DNA of 49,520 bases from Candidatus Parvarchaeota archaeon (GTDB lineage Archaea; Nanobdellota; Nanobdellia; Parvarchaeales; Parvarchaeaceae). The notes under the pieces were generated by a model that did no database searches, had not been told where the DNA came from, and saw only the letters and a program-made list of their open reading frames with translations. The stretch lies in contig JAMCSQ010000044.1 in assembly GCA_023378805.1 (NCBI GenBank), positions 1 to 49,520 on the forward strand. The letters are read 5' to 3'. Position numbers and translations under genes: made by a program. Below are positions 18,122-26,201 of the stretch, one piece after another (position 1 is the first letter of the stretch; every line of letters starts with the position of its first letter).

Positions 18122-18312
18122 TAAGGAAGGAGGATACTTTTTATGCTTTTTTTGCTGGAATCGCTTCGTTTGTAACCGCATTTATAATAATTTTTCTTGC
18201 TTTTCCAAATAAGTTCCAAAACGACCCTTCATTGTTTTCTATATTTTTTGTAGTAGTGATAGAAGCGGTTGTTTTCTTTGCTCTCTTTTTTACTATGCGC
18301 AGATCTATTTAA
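18118..18312 (+). CDS. Small two-TM membrane protein
   Basis: 64 aa with two hydrophobic helices. Its ATG overlaps the helicase-nuclease stop (ATGA at 18118-18121). Confidence 0.4.
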   Translation: MIRKEDTFYAFFAGIASFVTAFIIIFLAFPNKFQNDPSLFSIFFVVVIEAVVFFALFFTMRRSI

Positions 18313-19772
18313 TCTTTCCTGATAGTCTTCATCATATTTTCATTTCCCCTTGTAAGAGAAAGGAGAGCTGCTATTACAAGCATTATTATAAGAAATACAA
18401 AAGAGAACTGCATTCCTGTTATGAAGCCCCGGGTTATACCTCCTATTAATCTAGAGGTTCCTACAAATATCTCGAATGCAAGGTATCTTGGAATAACTAA
18501 AGTTGCGGTAACTATCACTATTATAAAACTTCCCATTATACCCATACTACCAAATAACCTTAAAACACCGGAAGCTGTGCCAAATCTGCCAGCTTCGCTG
18601 CTTTTCATTACTGCACTGTTATTAGCAGGCCAGAACATTGATCCTCCAAAGCCTGTTATTGCAGAGCCTATAAGGACTATGTATACGCTTGAGGTTGCAG
18701 TCAATGCGAAATAGACAGTTATCCCCAATATCATTATTACAAGGCCAAGAGTTGCAAGAAGCCTTGCACCATATTTATCAGAGTACCTCCCCATAAAAGG
18801 AGAAAGCACACCACTTAATATGTAACCTGGTAAAAGAAGCAATGAAGCATAAAATGGAGTCAATCCTCTAACGCCCTGAAGATACATTATAAGCATAAAT
18901 GCTACACCCATAAATCCAAGGCCCTGAAACATTGAAGCTAAAACGGAATTCTTAAACACTTTGTTCTTGAACATTGATAACTTTACCACTGGATTTACAA
19001 AGATCTTTTCCCTGAAATAGAAAGGTATTATCAGTATGAAACCTGCTACAAGAATGGAAACATTTATGTAATTTAATCCAACGGAGGCTATTCTTACACC
19101 GGCATACAGTATCATTGAAAGAGATATGCCCAAAAAACTCATTCCGATTATATCAAGTTTTTCATTTTCTCTTTTATTGTCTTTTATGTATTTAATAGCG
19201 AAAGCTAAAAGAATTATTCCTATAGGAACGTTAATGAAAAAAATGTATCTATACCCTATAAAAGTAGTTATTATACCTCCAAGCACTATACCTAACATAG
19301 CGCCAACATTCCAGCCCATTCCTGTAAATCCGTACGCTTTTCCAAGTCTTTCCCTTCTAAATGTATCGGCTATTATTGCTCCGCTGTTGGCAGTCATCAT
19401 CGCACCGCCGACAGCCTGAAAACCTCTGAATATTATTAAGGTGATATCTGTTGGAGCGATACCGCACATAAATGAGAAGATTGTAAATATTGCTATGCCT
19501 GAATTAAAAATTCTTGATCTTCCAAAGATATCTCCTATCCTGCCAAGCTGGGTAGCAGCAACTGCTGTAACAAGAAGATATATCAGAATAACCCAGATTA
19601 TTGTTGAAAGGTTTGAATGAAGAGCCTGGGTTATTGCCGGAAAAGCAAGCAGAACTATTGTCGAGTCTATTGAGGCCATCAATACGCTTATTACCAAAAC
19701 TGAAAGTATTAAATTTTCGTTTTTAACATTGATATTTATGTCTAAATCTTTTACATTTACTGGGGATTTCAT
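18309..19772 (-). CDS. MFS transporter, DHA2 (EmrB/QacA-like, about 14 TM)
   Basis: 487 aa. 'LGRIGDIFGRSRIF' motif A. The helix count and length fit the 14-TM drug:H+ antiporter type. Confidence 0.8.
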   Translation of the reverse strand: MKSPVNVKDLDININVKNENLILSVLVISVLMASIDSTIVLLAFPAITQALHSNLSTIIWVILIYLLVTAVAATQLGRIGDIFGRSRIFNSGIAIFTIFSFMCGIAPTDITLIIFRGFQAVGGAMMTANSGAIIADTFRRERLGKAYGFTGMGWNVGAMLGIVLGGIITTFIGYRYIFFINVPIGIILLAFAIKYIKDNKRENEKLDIIGMSFLGISLSMILYAGVRIASVGLNYINVSILVAGFILIIPFYFREKIFVNPVVKLSMFKNKVFKNSVLASMFQGLGFMGVAFMLIMYLQGVRGLTPFYASLLLLPGYILSGVLSPFMGRYSDKYGARLLATLGLVIMILGITVYFALTATSSVYIVLIGSAITGFGGSMFWPANNSAVMKSSEAGRFGTASGVLRLFGSMGIMGSFIIVIVTATLVIPRYLAFEIFVGTSRLIGGITRGFITGMQFSFVFLIIMLVIAALLSLTRGNENMMKTIRKD

Positions 19773-19827
19773 AAGGTATATTGATATTCAAAGGTCCTAA
19801 ATATATAAATGATACTACTAATTAAAA

Positions 19828-20292
19828 TTATTTAAGAATATTCTTTAGGTTATCTATTGTCTGATTTACTATATCTGTTACCGCCTGATTTATAACATCC
19901 TCTCCAAAAAGTTTTGCCATCCTGCCAAGCTCTATTTCAGCCTTCCAGTCTATTTTAGTAGAAGAGTCCTGTGCAATTGTATCGATGTAGATAGCAAGAG
20001 AAAACCTCAAACCTATAGTAGAGCCTTCTCCTTGTATTAGTATATGCTTGTTTTCCTGTTTTTCTTTTAATTGCGCAGAAAACTTAATGTTAAGATTCGA
20101 AAGATAACTGGCACCAAGGAACCTTGAGGTATATTTTTTTGCATCTGCCTTGAACTGCAGTTGAAAATTATCTCCATTCACTTCTGTAGAAACGATATTA
20201 GGCAGACATTTCGAAAATTTATTTGCATCTGCGATTATATCCCAAACCTTTTCAATGTTATAATTTACTGTAAAATTCCCTTTAATTTCCAT
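19828..20292 (-). CDS. SRPBCC / CoxG-like protein
   Basis: Best start is 'MEIKGNFTVNYNIEKVWDIIADANKFSKCLPNI' (ATG 20292-20290), 1 nt after the upstream TGA (20296-20294), with GGAGGT 12 nt upstream. The N-terminal pattern is typical of CoxG/SRPBCC. Confidence 0.65.
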   Translation of the reverse strand: MEIKGNFTVNYNIEKVWDIIADANKFSKCLPNIVSTEVNGDNFQLQFKADAKKYTSRFLGASYLSNLNIKFSAQLKEKQENKHILIQGEGSTIGLRFSLAIYIDTIAQDSSTKIDWKAEIELGRMAKLFGEDVINQAVTDIVNQTIDNLKNILK

Positions 20293-20293
20293 A

Positions 20294-21613
20294 TCATTTA
20301 AATAACCTCCTTGAATACAATAAATCCATTGCATTCGAATACATGTCAGAATATGTTTTGCCCGCTGATTCGTTTAACATCTCAGAAAGAAAGTTTTTGT
20401 CCAATGACAAAGACTTTGCCATTTCATCGATGTTTTCGCTGTTCACCTGTGGCCAGTAAAGCTTTATCTTATCAGTCTTTGATTCGGTTTTATTGCCTAG
20501 TTTATTTCCTATAAAATCGCCTATTTCCTTTGCCATTATCCTTGCAGTGCTCAATTTGCCACCAACTATGCTTATCATTCCATTGACATTATCTGTAACG
20601 GAATGATCGAATATCTTGAAATCTCTGCTTGCTTTTCTACTGTCATCGTTTTCTCCTACAGCTATTAACGGTCTTACACCCGCATAGTGCCTAGAAACCG
20701 GATAATTTGCGAGAATAGGCAACATTTCGCTGCCGGCTTTCTGTAGAAAGCTTATATCCTCTTTGTCGATGTCAAATTTCTGCGGATCATCAACAATAAA
20801 GGCCGTGGTTCCTATAATCGAATCATTGAAAAATGGCACAACTATATCGCCATCTGATGGCTCCCTAAGCCTATTTATTATGTGTTTTGTGAACCTTCTG
20901 TTTATGACTGCCATTGTGCCTGCTGAAAGTATCATCTCTATGCTTTTTATTCCCAATTTTTCGTCTATAAGTTTTGATGCCCATGCCCCACTTGCATTTA
21001 CAACCAAATCTGCTTTTAATTCGCTGGTTTCCCCGGTATTGTTGTTTTTTATTTTAACGCCTTTTATGTTATTTCCTTCCTTTATGAAATCCACCACTTC
21101 CGTATTTAAAATAATCTTTGCCGACTCCCTTTTTGCAGTCAGCAATAAACTTGTTATAAATCTAAATGAGTTTATTACCTTATCAGGTACTCTATAAACT
21201 GCTTTTACTGAATTGTTAAGAAAAGGCTCCTCTTTAAGAGCAGATTCTACATTTATAGACTCTATGGGGATATTAGACTGTTTGCATCCATTTTCGAATT
21301 TGCTTTGAAAAGAAAGATCTTGATCATTCAAAGCTACAAATAAACCGCCGGTATTTTCTATACAGAATGAAGCTATCTCTGAAATAACTTTATTATCTAT
21401 TATACTTTCTTGGGCGGCCTTAACATCATTCATCGCATATCTTGCTCCGCTGTGAAGCATTCCATGGAATTTTCCGCTTGTTCCTCCAATAATATTGCCT
21501 TTTTCTATAACTGTAACATCAAATCCGCGGCTAGCCAAATCGTGTGTAATGAAAGAACCTGTTGCACCCGCACCTATTACTATTATTTTGTCTGACATAA
21601 TTAATGGTGACAT
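20294..21613 (-). CDS. FAD-dependent glycerol-3-phosphate dehydrogenase (short GlpA/GlpD-like)
   Basis: 'IIVIGAGATGSFITHDLASRGFDVTVIEK' (Rossmann FAD) and 'GGTSGKFHGMLHSGARY' (GlpA/GlpD signature). 439 aa, shorter than bacterial GlpA/GlpD. An alternative start is Met6 (21598). Confidence 0.85.
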   Translation of the reverse strand: MSPLIMSDKIIVIGAGATGSFITHDLASRGFDVTVIEKGNIIGGTSGKFHGMLHSGARYAMNDVKAAQESIIDNKVISEIASFCIENTGGLFVALNDQDLSFQSKFENGCKQSNIPIESINVESALKEEPFLNNSVKAVYRVPDKVINSFRFITSLLLTAKRESAKIILNTEVVDFIKEGNNIKGVKIKNNNTGETSELKADLVVNASGAWASKLIDEKLGIKSIEMILSAGTMAVINRRFTKHIINRLREPSDGDIVVPFFNDSIIGTTAFIVDDPQKFDIDKEDISFLQKAGSEMLPILANYPVSRHYAGVRPLIAVGENDDSRKASRDFKIFDHSVTDNVNGMISIVGGKLSTARIMAKEIGDFIGNKLGNKTESKTDKIKLYWPQVNSENIDEMAKSLSLDKNFLSEMLNESAGKTYSDMYSNAMDLLYSRRLFK

Positions 21614-21616
21614 CCT

Positions 21617-21647
21617 CCCGCCTCTAAAGAGAGTGGGCTTTCAGCTC
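21617..21647. repeat. RE-like GC-rich repeat copy A
   Basis: 'cccgcctctaaagagagtgggctttcagctc'; 26/31 identical to 21891-21921. It contains an imperfect palindrome around 'ctct-aaag-agag'. Confidence 0.7.
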
Positions 21648-21658
21648 CTATCGGAGGC

Positions 21659-21835
21659 CTAAGCTTTCTCATAGTTTAATCCCTTCTTTTGCTTATCGTT
21701 TTTATGCTCTTTGTAATAGCTTTCTCTCAACTCCAATGCTTTATTCCGCACTATTCTAGTGCAGCCGAAGTATTTGGAGAACATTTCTTTCTGTTCATCA
21801 TTTGGGTACAACCTGAATTTGTATGCTGTCAACAT
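21659..21835 (-). pseudogene. tnpB: tnpB (IS605 OrfB) N-terminal fragment, 58 codons
   Basis: My own translation of the minus strand from ATG 21835-21833 to TAG 21661-21659 gives 'MLTAYKFRLYPNDEQKEMFSKYFGCTRIVRNKALELRESYYKEHKNDKQKKGLNYEKA'. This matches the conserved TnpB N-terminus ('YKFRLYPN.EQ.......G..R.V.N.AL'). It is below the 60-aa ORF-track cutoff. Confidence 0.7.
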
Positions 21836-21890
21836 ATTGTTATTCTACCTCTTCTGCTATTTATGTTTTCCATTTTTTGTTCGCTTTCAT

Positions 21891-21921
21891 CCCGCCTCTA
21901 AAGAGGGTGGTTTTCCCGCTC
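21891..21921. repeat. LE-like GC-rich repeat copy B
   Basis: 'cccgcctctaaagagggtggttttcccgctc'; direct repeat of 21617-21647, 274 bp away. Both copies are preceded by 'cat'. Confidence 0.7.
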
Positions 21922-21998
21922 ACCTTTGATAAACATACTCTATTCAGAAACATAAGTAATACTAAATGTATTAATAGTGGCTAAATTCTAAATTAAAT

Positions 21999-22796
21999 AT
22001 GTCAAAGCTATTAACGGTAGGAGTAATAGACATAAATACAAACAAACCACGTTATTCTAGCCTGGAAAAAACACTAGATGTACTTGAAAAGGCGCGGCAA
22101 TTAGATTTGGATATAATAATCGGGCCGGAATGGAGTCTTATGGATAACCAGTCTAATCTCGAAACCGCCTATTCTTATAAGGAATTGGAAGAAGTGTTTT
22201 ACAGACTGAAAAACGCAACAAAAGGAACAAACGAACTTACTATAGCAGGAACGGCAGTAATATACACAAAAAACATGAAAATGTACAACTTTCTGCCCGT
22301 AATTTATGACGGAAATGTGATATTTTCAACGATAAAAGCGAGCGATGGAGGAACCTCTTTTTTTAATGATGGGACTTATGAACTTATCGGTAGAGATTAT
22401 TCTATAGCTAATGCCTTTGAATGGAAAAAACTTAAAATAGGCTTAGAGATATGCGCAGATTCTGGTATATTATACCGGCAAGGAAAAAAAGACCTTGACT
22501 TGCAGATACTTGTTTCCAGCGGGATAAGAGTAACAAATCTAGCAGTGAAAAAAGGAGGATATCTTATATGCTCTGATGGCGTCCCAAAAGGGAGGAAAAC
22601 CTATGTTATAAGAACAAATGAAAATTATGATCCCGATTTAAGTATAGACCTTACAGATTTTATATCCTTATTTAAAAAAAAGGACATTAATTACCAAGTA
22701 ATGAAAAATAACAATAAAAAAATGCCATTCGAATTTGTTTCTCCGCATTCAAGACATCGAAATCTAAGTGTATATCGCCTGATTATTAATGATTAG
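21999..22796 (+). CDS. Divergent carbon-nitrogen hydrolase (nitrilase superfamily)-like protein, paralog 2
   Basis: 265-aa. 'DIIIGPEWSLM' (E), 'MYNFLPVIYDGNVIFSTIKASDGG' (K), 'KIGLEICADSGILYRQGKKDLDLQILVSSG' (C). Colinear with 9981..10856. Confidence 0.45.
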   Translation: MSKLLTVGVIDINTNKPRYSSLEKTLDVLEKARQLDLDIIIGPEWSLMDNQSNLETAYSYKELEEVFYRLKNATKGTNELTIAGTAVIYTKNMKMYNFLPVIYDGNVIFSTIKASDGGTSFFNDGTYELIGRDYSIANAFEWKKLKIGLEICADSGILYRQGKKDLDLQILVSSGIRVTNLAVKKGGYLICSDGVPKGRKTYVIRTNENYDPDLSIDLTDFISLFKKKDINYQVMKNNNKKMPFEFVSPHSRHRNLSVYRLIIND

Positions 22797-23536
22797 ACTA
22801 CTATATCCCTCAAGTCCTTTATTTTTCCAAAATTTAGGTTTTCTCCATCTGATATACAGATTGCATTTAACTCATTAACATCGCACATTTCTTTTAAAAA
22901 AGGAGAGAGAATATCTTCCTTTTTTTCCTCATTTATGTTGCTACCCGGCGCAAATATGCTGCAAGCAGGCAAAACCAGCAACTTTTTTCCATCTTTTGTA
23001 TTACCATAAAGAAAGGCCTTCATTTTCTCGCCTTTTCCAATGTATCTATATATTATTATACTTGGATGTTCATGGCCAATTATATAGGTTTCGGCTTCAC
23101 ATTTTGGAAGTTCATCCCCGTGTGCAATGTAAAAGCTTTTCTCAAGCAGATAATCCTTTATTATTTCCACATCATAACTGTTTTTTATCCTGTCAAGGTA
23201 ATTGTCATGGTTTCCCTTTATCAAAAGCAGTTTTATGGATAGACTTTTGCAGAACTCTATAAGTTCCCCCACTTCCTTTTTTTCATAGTACTTTAAGTCT
23301 GAAAAATCGTTCTTTAAATCCCCGGTTACTATAAGTCTGTCTGCTCCTGTAGCCATTGCAGCTTTTCTTATTATATCCTCTATAAACTGCAGGTTTCTGC
23401 TTGGTATCAATGTCCCGGCTGCTGACATCTGGCCTTCATAACCTAAATGAGCATCTGATATTATAAGTGAGTTAAGAGGTCGGATATAAGCAATCGGCAT
23501 GCCTTCTAAAAGCTCTATCGATTCATTTATTTGCAT
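22793..23536 (-). CDS. Calcineurin-like metallophosphoesterase (Lhr-associated MPE)
   Basis: 'IISDAHLGYE' (DxH), 'VTGDLKNDF' (GD), 'IKGNHDN' (GNHD), 'IAHGDE', 'IIGHEHPS' (GHxH). Its start overlaps the Lhr stop by 14 nt. Confidence 0.8.
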   Translation of the reverse strand: MQINESIELLEGMPIAYIRPLNSLIISDAHLGYEGQMSAAGTLIPSRNLQFIEDIIRKAAMATGADRLIVTGDLKNDFSDLKYYEKKEVGELIEFCKSLSIKLLLIKGNHDNYLDRIKNSYDVEIIKDYLLEKSFYIAHGDELPKCEAETYIIGHEHPSIIIYRYIGKGEKMKAFLYGNTKDGKKLLVLPACSIFAPGSNINEEKKEDILSPFLKEMCDVNELNAICISDGENLNFGKIKDLRDIVV

Positions 23537-26159
23537 TTTGATTCCCCTCTATTTTTTCCAATACTAATTTGTGTAATAGTCTAATATATTCTTTCTTGTT
23601 TTTTATTGAAACTACATCACTTTCTCCAATTGTTATAAGGCTATGCGAAAAAGGAGAAGGTACAGGGGTATCTATTATTGAATACTTTATCTTCTTGTTT
23701 TTTATCGCTTTTAATATATTAGAGGCATTTCCTATATCCATTATATCCTCCTCTATTTCCCTGTAAGCTTCTTTTAATATTGGAAAGTTCTCATCCATCT
23801 CACTTACTATTCTCAATAAAGCCTGTGCGTTTATCTGCTGTCTTTCTACTCTTATTCTGTGCCCCTTGTAATTCCTAAGTATCATAAGGCCTCTGGCTGC
23901 CGCATGCCTAAACCTCCTTCTTAATATCTCTGTTCTTTTTATGTTCTCTGTTATTATTTTCTGTATATCTGATTTAGAAGCCGAGTCTATAACACTTTTA
24001 ATAACAGCGCTATTAATTCTTTCATTTGAAACCAATGCAAACCCATTGTCATTTATCATCAAACCGACTGCCTCTGCTAGTCTATCGCTTAAAATAAATG
24101 CAAAAACCCTTGATAACGCATCATTGACCTTCCTGCCAAATAAAGAGTGGAATATTGTGTACTCTTTTTCATTGTATCTTGTTCTTTCTATTAGAATAAG
24201 CTTATCAGACGGCACTTTATTTGTGAAATACACCTGCTCTTTTATGTACTCATATATTGAAGCTATTGAATTTTTATCAGCAGGCATTGAAGCAAGGTAC
24301 TTACTTACTTTTTCCGGCATATTTTTCTGGTTTTTATAAACAAATCTTTCCCTTGGAAGCCTGCTTATAATTGATGAAAACTCCCTTCTAAATTTGCCTA
24401 TGTCCAGTGCCAGCTCATAGCTTAGTGGAAGCTGCTCAGAAAACCATGGTGGGATATTCGGTTTTTCTCCAATTGCTGGCAAAACAAAACAGTCCGCAGC
24501 ACTGGACCTTTGGAATTTATAGACTTTCCCGCCCAATACAAAAACATCCCCTTTTTTCAGTTTTTCGAGGAACTCCTCTTCTATATTGCCTATTTTTTTC
24601 TTTGTACCCAAGATATAAACATTTATTGCAACTTCATCAGGTATGGTTCCTATATTTGTATAATATATAAGTCTGGTAAGTCTTCCCCTTTTCCCGAACT
24701 TGTTTGAGCTGCTGTCAAACCAGATTTTTCCATAAACGGACCTTTCACGCAATGGAACGTACTCTCCTGCAAGGTATTTTATAAGCCCAATAAAATCTTT
24801 TTTATCTAGACTTCTAAATGGGTAAGCATTCTTTATCAACGAATATGCTTCGTCAATGTCCCATATTTTGTTTAGGCCCATTCCCACTATATGCTGGGCT
24901 AGTACATCCAACGGACTTTCAGGCATTGTGAACGAATCCAATTTTCTTCTTAATCCATCGTAAAGCATGACAGTACATTCTACTAAGTCATCTCTGTTAT
25001 TTATTATCAAATCGCCATTTGCTGTGTCCTTAAAACCATGCCCGCTTCTCCCTATCCTTTGCAGTGCTCTTGTTATGCTTTTTGGAGAGTTTATCTGTAT
25101 AACGTTATCTATGCTGCCTATATCTATTCCCAGTTCCAAACTAGTTGAGGAAACCACACATTTCAGTTTTCCATTCTTTAATTTTTCTTCAACTGAAAAC
25201 CTTTCATCCTTAGAAAGAGAGCCATGGTGCGCAGATACCTCCTCGTCAGTATAGCCGAACCTTCTTTTAAGGTTAAAAACCAGTCTTTCCGTGCCGCTTC
25301 TTGTGTTTGTAAATATAAGTGTAGTTCTGTTCTTTTTTATTATATTATTAATTATCTTATACATTGACCCATCTATTTCAGATTCATTTGAATATATAAG
25401 ATCTTTAACTGGAGATATAACTTTTGCGTTTATTTTCTTGCTCCACGACGCATCCACTACAACACAGCTTCTTTTTGTGCCTACAAGAAAGCTTGCTGCC
25501 TTATCCAAAGGATATATCGTAGCACTTAAACCTATCCTTATAAAATCATGCTTTATTGAGTCTGATAATCTTTCTAGGGAAACGGTAAGGTGCGAACCTC
25601 TTTTACTGTTTGCAAGCTCATGCAACTCATCAACTATTACATACTCTAAATTGGCAAATTTCTGTATGAATTTTGGGGAATTCAACATTATTGCAAGGGA
25701 TTCTGGTGTGGTAACGAATATGTTTGGCGGGTGAACAAATTGTTTCCTACGTTCGTTTTGCGGAGTGTCGCCAGTCCTAACGCCTATAGTTACTTTCTTT
25801 TTATCGATTAATTCCAAACTTTTGTACAGATCCTCAATTGGTAAAATAATGTTTTTGTAGATATCGTTGTTCAGTGCTCTTAATGGGGAGATATAAAGGC
25901 ACTTTATTTCATCGTTTAGTTTATCGTCAATTGAAAGATCCACTAATTTGTTTATTATAGGTATAAAGGCGGAGAGAGTTTTCCCGCTCCCAGTCGGTGC
26001 AGTTATCAGCACATTTTTTCTATTTTTTATTACATTAAAAGAGAACTTCTGCGGGGGAGTCAACTCTTTAAACCTTGAAATAAACCATTTTCTCACAATT
26101 GGATTCAAGGTATTAAGATTGCTTTCATCAGAGTATTGCTTGTTCAGTATTGTTATCAT
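23523..26159 (-). CDS. lhr: Lhr-type DExH-box SF2 helicase (Lhr-Core size)
   Basis: 'APTGSGKTLSAF' (I), 'VIVDELHEL' (DExH), 'LSATI', 'FTNTRSGTE', 'HHGSLSKDER', 'SSTSLELGIDIG', 'QRIGRSGH'. 878 aa with the long C-terminal WH/domain-4 region expected of Lhr. Confidence 0.85.
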   Translation of the reverse strand: MITILNKQYSDESNLNTLNPIVRKWFISRFKELTPPQKFSFNVIKNRKNVLITAPTGSGKTLSAFIPIINKLVDLSIDDKLNDEIKCLYISPLRALNNDIYKNIILPIEDLYKSLELIDKKKVTIGVRTGDTPQNERRKQFVHPPNIFVTTPESLAIMLNSPKFIQKFANLEYVIVDELHELANSKRGSHLTVSLERLSDSIKHDFIRIGLSATIYPLDKAASFLVGTKRSCVVVDASWSKKINAKVISPVKDLIYSNESEIDGSMYKIINNIIKKNRTTLIFTNTRSGTERLVFNLKRRFGYTDEEVSAHHGSLSKDERFSVEEKLKNGKLKCVVSSTSLELGIDIGSIDNVIQINSPKSITRALQRIGRSGHGFKDTANGDLIINNRDDLVECTVMLYDGLRRKLDSFTMPESPLDVLAQHIVGMGLNKIWDIDEAYSLIKNAYPFRSLDKKDFIGLIKYLAGEYVPLRERSVYGKIWFDSSSNKFGKRGRLTRLIYYTNIGTIPDEVAINVYILGTKKKIGNIEEEFLEKLKKGDVFVLGGKVYKFQRSSAADCFVLPAIGEKPNIPPWFSEQLPLSYELALDIGKFRREFSSIISRLPRERFVYKNQKNMPEKVSKYLASMPADKNSIASIYEYIKEQVYFTNKVPSDKLILIERTRYNEKEYTIFHSLFGRKVNDALSRVFAFILSDRLAEAVGLMINDNGFALVSNERINSAVIKSVIDSASKSDIQKIITENIKRTEILRRRFRHAAARGLMILRNYKGHRIRVERQQINAQALLRIVSEMDENFPILKEAYREIEEDIMDIGNASNILKAIKNKKIKYSIIDTPVPSPFSHSLITIGESDVVSIKNKKEYIRLLHKLVLEKIEGNQNANK

Positions 26160-26201
26160 CCTTTTTATAAGAGGGCTACAGTATTTAATTTTTATTATAG
26201 C

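Larger units (their letters stand above)
21614..21925 (-). mobile_element. Decayed, non-autonomous IS200/IS605-family element (tnpB remnant between LE/RE-like repeats)
   Basis: A TnpB N-terminal fragment bracketed by a 31-nt imperfect direct repeat (26/31). This repeat is the only GC-rich non-coding sequence in the window. Confidence 0.55.

Noticed and set aside
20293-20334. N-terminal extension of the CoxG-like ORF (track start 20334)
   Set aside because: The extension would overlap the G3P dehydrogenase 3' end by 41 nt. The internal ATG at 20292 has a GGAGGT 12 nt upstream and gives the canonical SRPBCC N-terminus.
20763-21197. 144-aa plus-strand ORF antisense to the G3P dehydrogenase gene. 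Similar cases: 25291..25734, 23941..24339, 14877..15275, 9892..10269, 37996..38337, 30723..31079, 18421..18714, 19126..19419
   Set aside because: All lie within well-supported genes on the other strand. Their composition is hydrophobic and low-complexity, typical of antisense frames, and none has a motif.
21611-21660. GC-rich patch upstream of the G3P dehydrogenase gene considered as a tRNA fragment, riboswitch or other ncRNA
   Set aside because: No cloverleaf or extended helices could be drawn. The patch is better explained as the RE-like end of a decayed IS200/IS605 element, because a 26/31 direct repeat lies on the other side of a tnpB fragment.
21689-21901. 70-aa plus-strand ORF from the track
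   Set aside because: It starts with TTG, is Phe/Leu/Cys-rich and has no motif. The opposite strand encodes a convincing TnpB N-terminal fragment, so this is a shadow ORF.
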